Below the pieces are notes generated by a model. That model was given only the letters and a program-made list of their open reading frames with translations, had not been told where the DNA came from and ran no database searches. A DNA stretch of 64,000 nt from an uncultured Nitrososphaerota archaeon (GTDB taxonomy: Archaea; Thermoproteota; Nitrososphaeria; Nitrososphaerales; CADDZS01): contig CAWCYI010000004.1 of assembly GCA_963799845.1 (NCBI GenBank), positions 256,001-320,000 on the forward strand, written 5' to 3'. This document shows positions 42,890 through 52,373 of the stretch, piece after piece (position 1 is the first letter of the stretch; the number at the start of each line of letters is the position of its first letter). Made by a program: the position numbers and the translations under genes.

Positions 42890-45800
42890 TTAGACTTTGT
42901 CCTTCAGCTGCAACCTGGGAGCGATGTTGAGGCTCATCATCTCTTGAAGGAGAAGCTTGAACGCGTAGGCGATCACGACAGTCGATATCCTTGCCGTGTC
43001 TCCATCCACTCTGCACACATACTTGCGCTGCTTTGCATCAAAGTAAGCGATGAGACCACACTTTTCGCACACGTGAATTTCGGTCTTGTCCGCCTCATCA
43101 AGAAGACGATCTTTCAACACCATTGATGCACCGTATGCGATCAAACAGTCTCGCTCCATTTCACCGAACCTCAGACCTCCGCCTCTAGCCCTGCCTTCCG
43201 TTGGTTGTTTAGTAAGCATCTGAACCTGCCCGCGTGCTCTCGCGTGAATTTTGTCCGCGACCATGTGGTGAAGCTTCTGGTAGAAGACGACTCCAATGTA
43301 AACGTCCGCCGCGAATTTCTTGCCAGTTCTTCCATCATACATTACTTCCCTTCCGGTCGGAGCAAACCCGTTACTCTTGAGAGTCTCTTCCAGAGACTGT
43401 GCTGTTTCTCCCGTGAAAGCTGTGCCATCAACTGGTTTACCTCTTAGGGCTGCTGCCTTGCCCGCGAGCGACTCGATGAACTGCCCCGCGGTCATACGCG
43501 ACGGGAATGCGTGCGGGTTGATGATTACGTCTGGTACGAGACCTTCTTCGGTGTATGGCATATCTTCCTGATTAACGACCATGCCGATAACTCCCTTCTG
43601 ACCGTGTCTTGAAGCGAATTTGTCTCCAATCTCAGGGATTCGCATGTCCCTGACTCTCACCTTGTACATTTTTCCCCCTTCCTCGTTTTCGGTCAGGAAG
43701 ACGGCATCAACAACTCCGGTCTCGCTCGCTCGGACTCCAATCGAAGTATCGCGACGGTAAGGCCCCTTTACTTCGAATTCTTTGTACTCCTCCATGAACC
43801 TCGGAGGGCTCGTTCTTCCGATAATCACGTCTCCTCCAGTGACTTGAGCTTCGTGCATTACCACGCCGTCGGATTCGATTAGGCGGTAGTATTTTTCTCC
43901 TCGGTAACCTCTGATGTTGGCATCTGCTCTCGGGACCTCGAAGGTGTCTTTCATGCCACCGAGATACTGCTTTGCTTCAGCTTCGTAAATACGATAGAAG
44001 ATTGATCTGGCAAAGCCCCGGTCAATCGCTGACTTGTTGAAAATAATTGCGTCTTCAATGTTGTATCCTTCGAACGAAAGAACTGCGACTATTGCGTTCT
44101 GCCCAGTCGGCCTTTCATCAAGACTCAACAGAGAAGTGGACCTCGTCTTTACCAAGGGTGGCTGTGGATGAACCAACAGATGCTCACGCACGTACGTGCT
44201 GAACGGATAGGTCGGGGTGGGGAAGCCCAGCGATTGTTTTGCCATCGCCGACTCGTAGGTGTTCCTCGGTGACTGGTTATGCTCAGGATATGGAATGATG
44301 GAAGCAGCGATGCCAAGAATTGATGATGGATACATTTCGAGATGGGTGTTCCTTTCGCCCAGATGTCGAAAGTCGATTGCGATAAGCGAGTTCTCTTCCT
44401 CGTTCGCATCGATAAGTTCGATGACTCCCATCTGGACGATATCTCTCCAATTCAGCTGGCCCCCTTCTATTCTCTTGATCATCTCTGGAGCCAAGATTGG
44501 CCGGCCATTTTCGCAGATAATGAGAGCTCGAAGTACTCGACCAGAGTTGGTGGAGATGAATATCCTGTTTATTCCACCATCCTTCATGGCTGGGAAATAC
44601 GCAATTCCCGCGTGGGGATGTATCTGTCCCTCGCGCCGCAATTTTCTGAAGGATCTCGCAAGTGCTTCTCCATCTTTCACAAATCCTATGAATCTTCCTT
44701 CAACAAAAGCCCTGCAACCATCCAGCTTGATCTTCTCGTCCGCTTCCTTGAACGGCTTTACTCCCAGATCGTACAGCTTCGCAACTACCTGAGCGGAAGG
44801 AACGCTCACAGAAATTAGCGCAGACAGGGCGAGATTCTTTACCAGACCACAGTTCGATCCTTCCGGCGTCTCGCTGGGGCAGATCCTACCAAAGTGAGTA
44901 GCGTGCAAATCCCTTGCCTCAAAGTTCGGCTGGCTCCTTGACAGCGGCGATTGTATTCTTCGAAGGTGTGATAGCGTAGAAAGATAATTGGTGCGATCCA
45001 GAAGTTGTGTGACTCCAACCTTTCCTCGTCCCCAGTTTCCGGTTGCGATCGCGTTGTTGAGCTTGTCAGTAATTATTCCCGGTCTTATTGCGGCACCAAC
45101 TACGTTTAATCCTCGTCTTTGACCAGTACGCTCTAACTGGTACTTCATGTCTCGAGCTAGATTTCGGAAAGCAGTCCTGAAAAGGTCCGCGATCATCTGA
45201 CCCGCGAACTTGATCACTTTGTTTCCATAGTGGTCTTTGTCGTCTGGATCGAGTAGCCCGATTCTCAGCTCCGCAAGTTTGCAGACGGCTTCTCCGAGGA
45301 AAATCGCCTTGTCGTATCTGTCGTCTTTGGTCTTGCCGAGGTGAGGTAGAAGGCCCCAGTCCAGAACTGACTCCGCGCGCCTCAACCTGAATTCATCAAG
45401 CATTCCGTGGGCGACGCGGTTTCCGATATACATCAAAGCGTCCTTTGGAGTCTTCGCTTCGGAAGCTTTTTCGAACGAAACTTCGAGTCTGTCCTGAATT
45501 TCCTGCTTCAGAGAAATTGCGTCCGCAATCTCCTTGTCCGTTTCCAGGCCAAGAGCTCGCATTACGATGATAAGAGGAAGGTCAACCGGAGAGCTCGGTA
45601 ACTTTACACTGATTGATTCGTCCTGCTTCAGAGTAAGCTCGAGCTTCGCCCTGTAGCCGACGATCGAAGAGTAAACCTTCGCCTTGTAATTTGTGACGCC
45701 GCCGACCTTTTCTACGTCAACGAGAATCTTGTTGGGAGAAAGATCTTCCAGCCCGACGATCACTCTCTCCGAGCCGTTGATGATGAAATAACCTCCCGGA

Positions 45801-46246
45801 TCTTTCGGATCTTCACCGACCTCGATCAGCTGCTGGGGGTTCATCGTCGCAAGCATGCAACGGTCCGACTTTACCATGACCGGCAGGTCGCCGATGTGCT
45901 GTTCCTGAGACTCCCTGACGATGCCGTCTTCCTCGACCGTCATGTCGACGAAAATTGGAGAAGCATAGGAGAGATTTCTCAGCCTCGCTTCCAGCGGAAG
46001 GATGTTGCTGACTGAGCCATCAATCTCGACAACTCGCGGGAGTTTCAGCTTTACCTTGCCAAACTTTACTTTGTATGGAGTTCCGACCGTCTCGATATCA
46101 ATCGAGCCGATCTCGTCGATAATGCTCTGCAGCCCGCGCTGAATGAACTCGTTGTAGGAGTTCAGGTGCTGCCTCGCAACACCTTCTCGATTCAAAATAT
46201 CTTGAAGGACTGGCCACGCGTCATATTGCTGAATTTCTTTTTGCAT
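42890..46246 (-). CDS. rpoB: RNA polymerase subunit B (unsplit)
   Basis: GGYFIINGSE, GDKFASRHGQKG, GLRFGEMERD. Confidence 0.99.
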   Translation of the reverse strand: MQKEIQQYDAWPVLQDILNREGVARQHLNSYNEFIQRGLQSIIDEIGSIDIETVGTPYKVKFGKVKLKLPRVVEIDGSVSNILPLEARLRNLSYASPIFVDMTVEEDGIVRESQEQHIGDLPVMVKSDRCMLATMNPQQLIEVGEDPKDPGGYFIINGSERVIVGLEDLSPNKILVDVEKVGGVTNYKAKVYSSIVGYRAKLELTLKQDESISVKLPSSPVDLPLIIVMRALGLETDKEIADAISLKQEIQDRLEVSFEKASEAKTPKDALMYIGNRVAHGMLDEFRLRRAESVLDWGLLPHLGKTKDDRYDKAIFLGEAVCKLAELRIGLLDPDDKDHYGNKVIKFAGQMIADLFRTAFRNLARDMKYQLERTGQRRGLNVVGAAIRPGIITDKLNNAIATGNWGRGKVGVTQLLDRTNYLSTLSHLRRIQSPLSRSQPNFEARDLHATHFGRICPSETPEGSNCGLVKNLALSALISVSVPSAQVVAKLYDLGVKPFKEADEKIKLDGCRAFVEGRFIGFVKDGEALARSFRKLRREGQIHPHAGIAYFPAMKDGGINRIFISTNSGRVLRALIICENGRPILAPEMIKRIEGGQLNWRDIVQMGVIELIDANEEENSLIAIDFRHLGERNTHLEMYPSSILGIAASIIPYPEHNQSPRNTYESAMAKQSLGFPTPTYPFSTYVREHLLVHPQPPLVKTRSTSLLSLDERPTGQNAIVAVLSFEGYNIEDAIIFNKSAIDRGFARSIFYRIYEAEAKQYLGGMKDTFEVPRADANIRGYRGEKYYRLIESDGVVMHEAQVTGGDVIIGRTSPPRFMEEYKEFEVKGPYRRDTSIGVRASETGVVDAVFLTENEEGGKMYKVRVRDMRIPEIGDKFASRHGQKGVIGMVVNQEDMPYTEEGLVPDVIINPHAFPSRMTAGQFIESLAGKAAALRGKPVDGTAFTGETAQSLEETLKSNGFAPTGREVMYDGRTGKKFAADVYIGVVFYQKLHHMVADKIHARARGQVQMLTKQPTEGRARGGGLRFGEMERDCLIAYGASMVLKDRLLDEADKTEIHVCEKCGLIAYFDAKQRKYVCRVDGDTARISTVVIAYAFKLLLQEMMSLNIAPRLQLKDKV

Positions 46247-46252
46247 TTTTTA

Positions 46253-46552
46253 TTACGCCGATTCTACTACAAATCTGTAGTACGTAGTTTCCCCCGCGGT
46301 ATCGCTTTTCCTAGTTATCCGAACCATATCGCCCGGTTTCGCTCCAATCTCCCTCGCAACCGGGTCAATGCTGAAGAGGAACGGAAACTGTTCCTCCGTC
46401 GCATTGAACTTTCCAAGGACTTCCTTTTTCTCGTCAGCCGAGAGGATCTCGTGTTTAGGAACGAGAACGTGATCTGTAACCTTTACTTCTTCTATTACCT
46501 CGTCTTTCTTACTCTTCTTAGCCACAGTAAAATGCGCTCTCTTCGATGACAT
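46253..46552 (-). CDS. rpoH: RNA polymerase subunit H (Rpo5)
   Basis: HVLVPKHEIL, DPV, RKS.TAG...YR. Confidence 0.97.
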   Translation of the reverse strand: MSSKRAHFTVAKKSKKDEVIEEVKVTDHVLVPKHEILSADEKKEVLGKFNATEEQFPFLFSIDPVAREIGAKPGDMVRITRKSDTAGETTYYRFVVESA

Positions 46553-46810
46553 ACCCTACGGTAGAAAACAGATATCCAAAGATCTTGACGGGGATCGGTA
46601 TATACGGATTGTGCCTCGTTTAGCATCAAATCGCCAGGATCTTAGCTCGAAAACAGCTGAAAATCGGGTTCGGGAGTTTCCCTGAGTTCACCGGACTCGT
46701 TTTGAGCCCCGTCTGTTGTGGTTTTCAGGTGCGTCGAAAAGACCTGCGTAAGTCAAAGATTTCCAAAATAATTCTAAACGGGTCTGCTCTAACTAAAAAT
46801 CTCAAAATCA

Positions 46811-46959
46811 AGCTGTTTCAATCCATCAGAGCTTGAAACGAGCTCGTCGGTACGCAGAATTGCGCCCCGTGTAGAAAAGGGCAAAAACGGCATAATAAAT
46901 CAATAGAGTAAAACAATGGCTTTAGGGAGCAAGGCAGGTCCAAAGGTACGAGAAGAAGA
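46811..46959 (+). repeat. Dispersed repeat copy 2, with palindrome AGCTGTTTCAA-N11-TTGAAACGAGCT at its start
   Basis: Matches the reverse complement of 24156..24284; includes a TATA-like CATAATAAAT and the start of a 29-aa ORF (46916..47005). Confidence 0.92.
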
Positions 46960-47048
46960 CCTGACCATTTGCAAAATACGGAAATTCTTTCCCGAAAGTC
47001 AATAAAAACTCGGACGCAAGCTATCGTTTCGATAGTGTCTTTTGAAAG

Positions 47049-48008
47049 TCAAGCCCTCCGCGCCTTGATTTCCGGGCTTTCGATCCCTGGGAAGATGGGG
47101 ATTCCCTCCTCCACATCGCTCCTTACTTTCACAAACTCTCCGTAGATTCTGGCTGTCACGGGGCCGACCTTTCCCAAACCGATAATCCTCCCATTGACTC
47201 TGATGACCGGGACGAGCTCCGCCAGAGTTCCCGTAAGAAAGACTTCATCGGCGTTGATGAGCTCGAACGGCGTGATTTCTCTTTCGCTGACGGGATACCC
47301 GAGATCGCCTGCAAGTTCTATGACTCTCTGTCTGGTAACGCCGTGAAGGATTGCAGAGTTGGTCGCTGGAGTTGCCAGCTGGTCCTTGCGGACGATGAAC
47401 ACGTTTTCCGCGGTTGCCTCTGATACGAAGCCCCTAGTGTCCAGCATGATCGCCTCATCCACGCCTGCCGCTATCGCCTCCCATCTCGCGAGGATACTGT
47501 TCATGTAGTTCAGGGATTTTACCTCGTGCGAAGTTGCATCGACCGGGTCTCGCCTGATGGATGAAATGATAGTAGTTTTCCCGATCGCGTTTGTCCTCGG
47601 GTCGCGTGATGGAGCAGAGGGTTCGGTGATTACGACGATAGAAGGATTCTTGCATATCGTCGGGTTGAGGCCAAGATCGCCCACGCCTCTGGTAACGAGC
47701 AGCCTGATGTAAGCGTCCTTGAGGTTATTCTTCCTCAGAGTTTCAAGTACGGCCTGAATTATTTCTTCTTTCCGCATCGGAATTGCGAGTCGGATGTAGT
47801 TTGCAGATTCGTAGAGCCGATCGATATGTTCCTTCAGTTTGAAGACGACCCCGTTGTAAGCTCGAATACCCTCGAAGACGCCGTCGCCGTAGAGGAGACC
47901 ATGATCGAAAACAGAAATCGTGGCTTTTGATCTCGGAAAAAGCTCTCCATCGACGTAGACAAAGAGGTTTTCTTTTGAGACTTTCGACGCGTCCGCGGAA
48001 TTTTTCAT
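47049..48008 (-). CDS. ilvE: Branched-chain amino acid aminotransferase
   Basis: DHGLLYGDGVFEG, KSLNY, E...EN, L.GVTR, GTLAE. Confidence 0.96.
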   Translation of the reverse strand: MKNSADASKVSKENLFVYVDGELFPRSKATISVFDHGLLYGDGVFEGIRAYNGVVFKLKEHIDRLYESANYIRLAIPMRKEEIIQAVLETLRKNNLKDAYIRLLVTRGVGDLGLNPTICKNPSIVVITEPSAPSRDPRTNAIGKTTIISSIRRDPVDATSHEVKSLNYMNSILARWEAIAAGVDEAIMLDTRGFVSEATAENVFIVRKDQLATPATNSAILHGVTRQRVIELAGDLGYPVSEREITPFELINADEVFLTGTLAELVPVIRVNGRIIGLGKVGPVTARIYGEFVKVRSDVEEGIPIFPGIESPEIKARRA

Positions 48009-48205
48009 TTCAAATATTCCCTACTAACAATTGAATTTCTTTGATAAAAACACATCTAGTTTTGGTTCTACCAGTACGGAGGTGAGAGTCATTCACTATT
48101 TGCTTCAAAGTATGTGGCAATTCTCTCATGGGTCACTTTGAGATGGGGAGATCAACAGTTTCTGATAAGGAGTTCATCTAGTTCCTGATGATATTCTGCG
48201 GCTAC

Positions 48206-48229
48206 TCGGCCGACTTATTAGTCGGCTGA
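48206..48229. other. Hairpin-forming palindrome just downstream of 48245..48526; terminator or binding site
   Basis: TCGGCCGACT-TATT-AGTCGGCTGA. Confidence 0.5.
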
Positions 48230-48244
48230 TGGTCAACCGCCTAA

Positions 48245-48526
48245 CTAATCTTTTACACCAACTATTGAATAAACTATCAGAGAAAAGCCAATTACTTCTG
48301 CCCCTGCCTCGATCGTTTCGACGATGGTTAGATCATAGTTCAAAAACTCAAACAAGAGCCCGGCCAAAGCCGCACCGATTGTTACGAACACGAAACCAAG
48401 AGCCAGAAAAAGAAGAGACTTGCTCTTTGTTTTTCTGTAGCCTTTTTGTGAATAATAGACAACAATTATTCCTAGAATCAAAATGGCAATTTGGAAAATG
48501 CGTAACAGGTCGAGAGTTACGGTCAA
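48245..48526 (-). CDS. Small 3-TM membrane protein, partner of the adjacent wHTH
   Basis: KGYRKT...LLFLALGF...GFSLIVYSI; starts 4 nt after the wHTH stop. Confidence 0.85.
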   Translation of the reverse strand: MTVTLDLLRIFQIAILILGIIVVYYSQKGYRKTKSKSLLFLALGFVFVTIGAALAGLLFEFLNYDLTIVETIEAGAEVIGFSLIVYSIVGVKD

Positions 48527-48530
48527 TTAT

Positions 48531-48887
48531 TTACGCCCTCATTGAAGACCACAATCGCGACAGTCTCGTGGCAACGTCCTCGTTCAGCTCAACGTCCAAC
48601 ACAATCTCGCCCTGATTCAATTGTAATTTTATGCTCCTGAAAGAGCTCCTGTAAAGTTCAAATTTCTTGCCGTCGTCAGTGATGATCGTCTTTTCAACCG
48701 TGAGTAGACCAATATCCCGCATTTCATTTACGCGGCGATACGACGTACTAATCGGAATCTGTTCGGACGCGCTCAGCTCTTCAACCGACCTCGCTCGATC
48801 TATCGTTCCCAAGAGAATCTTCCTCGAATATTCGTCAGCCAGCGCCCTAATCAGCGCGTCGCGGACGTTCTGGCCTGTTATTCTCAT
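48531..48887 (-). CDS. ArsR-like winged-HTH transcriptional regulator
   Basis: ALADEYSRKIL, IPISTSYRRV, DGKK...Y; paralogue of 61371..61826. Confidence 0.9.
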   Translation of the reverse strand: MRITGQNVRDALIRALADEYSRKILLGTIDRARSVEELSASEQIPISTSYRRVNEMRDIGLLTVEKTIITDDGKKFELYRSSFRSIKLQLNQGEIVLDVELNEDVATRLSRLWSSMRA

Positions 48888-48956
48888 TTCTTCGACCCGG
48901 CATTGAAAAGACCTAGCTTTCGGAACTTTTTGATTGATCTAATAAGGCAGTACACG

Positions 48957-48974
48957 ATTCTCACGAGTGATAAT
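48957..48974 (-). promoter_or_regulatory. Motif A site, wHTH promoter
   Basis: ATTATCA-CTCG-TGAGAAT, then 11 nt, then TTATTAGA (minus strand). Confidence 0.75.
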
Positions 48975-48990
48975 GATCTGAAGGGGTAGA

Positions 48991-49010
48991 AACCCGAACA
49001 GATTCGGGAT
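48991..49010. promoter_or_regulatory. Motif B palindrome
   Basis: AACCCGAACAGATTCGGGAT; near-identical to 61869..61888. Confidence 0.65.
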
Positions 49011-49021
49011 TTTCAAGAGTT

Positions 49022-49039
49022 GCTATCAATTTTGATGAT
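49022..49039 (+). promoter_or_regulatory. Motif A site, promoter of 49096
   Basis: GCTATCA-ATTT-TGATGAT, then 11 nt, then TTTAAGTA. Confidence 0.75.
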
Positions 49040-49095
49040 CGTCTCCCGGCTTTAAGTACCAATGCCCCCCAAATGACTCACAAGTGAAAAACTAA

Positions 49096-49671
49096 ATGCT
49101 AAAGTCTCAAGAACAAACTGTAAAGCAAGTACCCGTAACGACTAGCAGATGGGCAAGCAGATTTACCTGGGCAGCCGTGGTCCAGGGTCTGATCCTAACA
49201 ATCATCACGGTGCTCATCGTGGAGCCGCTCAGCTACTTCGGCATCAATTCGTACTACAGCCCGTCTAAAGTTATAGCGGGAGGCGGAGGAGGAACATGGC
49301 TGTTCACTGGCTACATTCTATATCTTACGGTAGGCGTTATCGCGGTCGCAGTCACTGCAATGTTCTACTTCTTCATCGAAGGAGTCAACGGCAAGGTGTA
49401 CCATGGTCTGACGAACTACCTCGCCTGGGGGCACTATATATTCATGAATGTGGGAGTCGCTGGTTCTATGCTCCTCATGATCTGGGGTGGTTATATGGCA
49501 GGTTATGCCGCAGCTCCAGTTGCCTCGGGAGGCCTGGGTTACACAGATCTACAAATCCACGTGAACTATCTCGGTCAGCTAGTCAACCCAATTGGCGGAT
49601 TCGTCCTTCTGGCAGCAGTCGGTGCAATCCTCGGAGGACTTGGATTCATACTCAGAAGCAGGATGAAGTAA
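49096..49671 (+). CDS. 4-TM membrane protein resembling the C-terminal helices of heme-copper oxidase subunit I-like proteins
   Basis: LAWGHYIFMNVG...WGG; hydrophobic; family call tentative. Confidence 0.75.
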   Translation: MLKSQEQTVKQVPVTTSRWASRFTWAAVVQGLILTIITVLIVEPLSYFGINSYYSPSKVIAGGGGGTWLFTGYILYLTVGVIAVAVTAMFYFFIEGVNGKVYHGLTNYLAWGHYIFMNVGVAGSMLLMIWGGYMAGYAAAPVASGGLGYTDLQIHVNYLGQLVNPIGGFVLLAAVGAILGGLGFILRSRMK

Positions 49672-49687
49672 TCATCGAAATCTATGC

Positions 49688-49715
49688 GGGGATAAAATTC
49701 CCCCACCTATTTTTT
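49688..49715 (+). terminator. Hairpin plus T-tract terminator
   Basis: GGGGA-TAAAAT-TCCCC followed by TTTTTT, just after the stop codon. Confidence 0.55.
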
Positions 49716-49762
49716 ATTCGGAGAAATAATTTTTAGAGAAATAAAATGGTGAAATTGGTAAA

Positions 49763-49987
49763 ATGAGAGCAAAGTACGCAACAGTCAAGATTCCACAAGA
49801 ACTCGCCATGAAGCTGGATGAGTTTGTCGTGGACTTGGGTTATAGAAGCAGGGCAGAAATTGTGAATGACGCTATCAGAAGGTTTATCGATGAAAGGAAA
49901 AGGTTGGATAATCCATCGGCAGTCAGCGAATCGGAAGTACCTACTCGGAATCTCAAACGGAATGAACCGATCAAGTTAACTCCATGA
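49763..49987 (+). CDS. Ribbon-helix-helix (CopG/NikR-like) regulator
   Basis: TVKIP.EL..KLD...GYRSRAE.V.DAIR. Confidence 0.88.
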   Translation: MRAKYATVKIPQELAMKLDEFVVDLGYRSRAEIVNDAIRRFIDERKRLDNPSAVSESEVPTRNLKRNEPIKLTP

Positions 49988-50009
49988 GTTTAAGCTCGGT
50001 TAGGTTAAG

Positions 50010-50459
50010 TTGCAACGTTCTCCTTCAGTCATGAAAGTTCTCGATGTCATGTCAACGGATCTTGTCACCAGTCAGGCTGATGAACCACTTAACGAAGCCG
50101 TGCATCGAATGCTGCAGCGAGATGTCGGGTGTATAATAGTAATGGATGATTCGGTTGTGGAGGGGATCATAACGAAGGGTGACGTGTTGAAGAAGGCATT
50201 TCTTCTCGATCTGGATGCTCGGGAAGTTTCTTCGAAAAAGGTGATGTCGAAACCGGTAATAGCAATCGACCCGGACTCGACGCTTGAAGAAGCTTCGCGA
50301 ATGATGACTAGAAACAACGTGTCGAAGCTTGCGGTCGTCAAGGGAAAGAAACTTGTCGGTGTTGTGACTTCCAGCGATATCATCAGGGCGGAGCCAATGC
50401 AGGTGGGCTATCTTCAGGAACTCATCAAAGCAAGGTTTGTGCCCCACGACATCGGCTAA
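50010..50459 (+). CDS. Stand-alone CBS-pair protein
   Basis: V.DVM, GIITKGD, GVVTSSD. Confidence 0.93.
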   Translation: MQRSPSVMKVLDVMSTDLVTSQADEPLNEAVHRMLQRDVGCIIVMDDSVVEGIITKGDVLKKAFLLDLDAREVSSKKVMSKPVIAIDPDSTLEEASRMMTRNNVSKLAVVKGKKLVGVVTSSDIIRAEPMQVGYLQELIKARFVPHDIG

Positions 50460-50485
50460 ATCCCTGGGGCCGATGATGATCGTTC

Positions 50486-50644
50486 ATGAAAGTAGATTCG
50501 AAGAGGGCGAAAGCTGCTGGAAGAAAATGTCCCAAGTGTGGCACGGTTATGATAAACGGTGTTTGTCCTAAATGCAAATACTCGGCAAAGACAGCCTACA
50601 AAAGTAGACGGGAAGCTAAGGAATTCACTTTTGCTGGCGACTGA
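50486..50644 (+). CDS. 52-aa basic CPxCG-type Zn-finger small protein (below the track cut-off)
   Basis: MKVDSKRAKAAGRKCPKCGTVMINGVCPKCKYSAK... Confidence 0.75.
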   Translation: MKVDSKRAKAAGRKCPKCGTVMINGVCPKCKYSAKTAYKSRREAKEFTFAGD

Positions 50645-50843
50645 AATGTTATTCTCTTTAGGAGAATCATTAGTAACTTCCGTTCAACACAAATTCAATA
50701 TTGTTAATTGTTGATTACTTCTCTTCAGAGTTTCTCGACTATGACGAAAAGAATCGTGAAAAAGAGACACATCGAGCAATCTGTAGTCTCCCACAGAAAG
50801 TCGAAAAAGTGCCAATTCAGAGCGAAGGCTTTGCCTTCCCCCA

Positions 50844-51682
50844 TCAAGAAGTGCGGGTTGTCTCGGCTATATTCAACTGGCCTAATTCCCACGTCTTCAC
50901 GGTCAGATCCCAAGGAGTTACAATACCTCGATCTGTAAGAGCACAGTCATTGTCCTTCAGCGACAGCAATTCGGCTGCATCTGAGATTTGTTTTCTGCCG
51001 TCGATCCAGGGGACTTCTCCAAGTTCGATATCATCCAATGTTCCATCAAGCAATCTGTTCTGAAACCTCAAGATGTGGCCGAGTCTCTCTTGTTGGAACA
51101 AGTACGCAAGAATCTGTTTGTCAGAGATCACAGTCCTTGTACCTGAAATCTGGACACGTCTGAATTTTCGACGCCCAATCTCCTTCAAGGATACGTCGAG
51201 CTTGTTCCCCGAGAAAGTTGGAAGACAGGGAATGTCACTATATCATCGACTACAAGCTTCGACGAAAAAATTCCAAGATGATACAATTTCAAAAGATCTT
51301 TTACAGAAATTTTTTCATACTGACTTTTTTTTCCATGAACCAGGGCAAATCCAAAAGTGGATGATTGGAAGACATGCAGTAGAGAAAGAATGTCATCGTT
51401 CGAACTGATCGTTCCGGCCAGAAGGGAACTCTCGAGACAAGGAGAATTGAGAAACGAAGCGTAATTATGCGGATTCATTTGCATCATTTTCGAAACAATT
51501 GAATATCCGGAAATAACCAGTGGCCTTGCCTCCGAGGATCCCTGATTCGATTCTATTAACAGAAGGTCGAAATCATTTTCACGAAGTTTTTGAATCGCCT
51601 CTAGGATTATTGTCCTGCCGGATATAGTCTTGAGAGGTCTCACATCCAGACGTGGAAGGATTTCTTCTAGGTTAGCTGCCAA
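50844..51682 (-). CDS. Degenerate four-CBS-domain protein (apparent missing base at about 51203)
   Basis: Adding one A restores RGTKLDVSLKEIGRRKFRRV; shares GYS, FGFA, RRV and GIVTPWDL with 62782..63588. Confidence 0.8.
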
Positions 51683-51696
51683 TTTATTTATTCATC

Positions 51697-52114
51697 CTAT
51701 GGAAATATTTGTTCGCCGGACTCTGCATCCTTCACAGTAATCGCTTTGTAGGGACACATCTGTGCTGATACGATTATCTTTTCGCTTGGAACTTCTCTGT
51801 CCTGGACATCCTTCATCCCAAGTGGTTCGTCCGCATTTCTTCCAAAGCCCAAGTTGGAGTAATCCAGTGCGAATACTTCCGGTGCAAGTGCCACGCAGAC
51901 TTTCAACTCCCATGCATTTCCCCTGCTCGATGCTCAAAATTAGCCTGCGATTGTCCCGAGTCACGATTTCCTTCTCCCCTCTTCTTTGCAAGCTATCCAG
52001 AGTGCCGGAAACTAGACGAATTATCACGTCAGAATAATCTTCGTTTTGTTTCTTAGCCCTTTGTATCGTATCGTATGCTCTTGCAGAGATTTCTATCGTT
52101 ATTTCGTCAGTCAT
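51697..52114 (-). CDS. RHH (VapB3/DUF217-like) DNA-binding domain fused to a single-cluster ferredoxin (apparent extra base at 51899)
   Basis: TIEIS..AY.....AK...EDYSDVIIRL; removing one base gives KCMGVESCVALAPEVF...AQMCPYKAI. Confidence 0.8.
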
Positions 52115-52162
52115 GAAACTCAAACAGTTAAGCACAGATTATGATAATAAAGAGCCACCACG

Positions 52163-52180
52163 ATTACCAAGTTTGGTTTT
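52163..52180 (-). promoter_or_regulatory. Motif A site, RHH-ferredoxin promoter
   Basis: AAAACCA-AACT-TGGTAAT, then 11 nt, then TTTATTAT. Confidence 0.7.
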
Positions 52181-52373
52181 GAGACTTCTCTTACAGACTG
52201 GAGCTCTGAGAGTCAGCGATTCGCGATCCCCAGTTTTGACGGTAAGAATTGTGAATCCAGGTTGAGGGTACTCAACGGCCGGGCCCCCTCGAGACAATCG
52301 TCAAACTAGGATTCTAATCTTCGAGAGTAAGGAGGTGTCGTTTGAAATGGAGGTTCTCCGCTTGTAATTCCAC

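Noticed and set aside
46666-46710. Possible structured RNA upstream of rpoH
   Set aside because: Pairing relies on several G-U pairs; no conservation evidence or known motif
46814-46839. GTTTCAATCC...TTGAAAC resembling a CRISPR repeat
   Set aside because: Single copy, no regular spacers, no cas genes; it belongs to the AGCT repeat family
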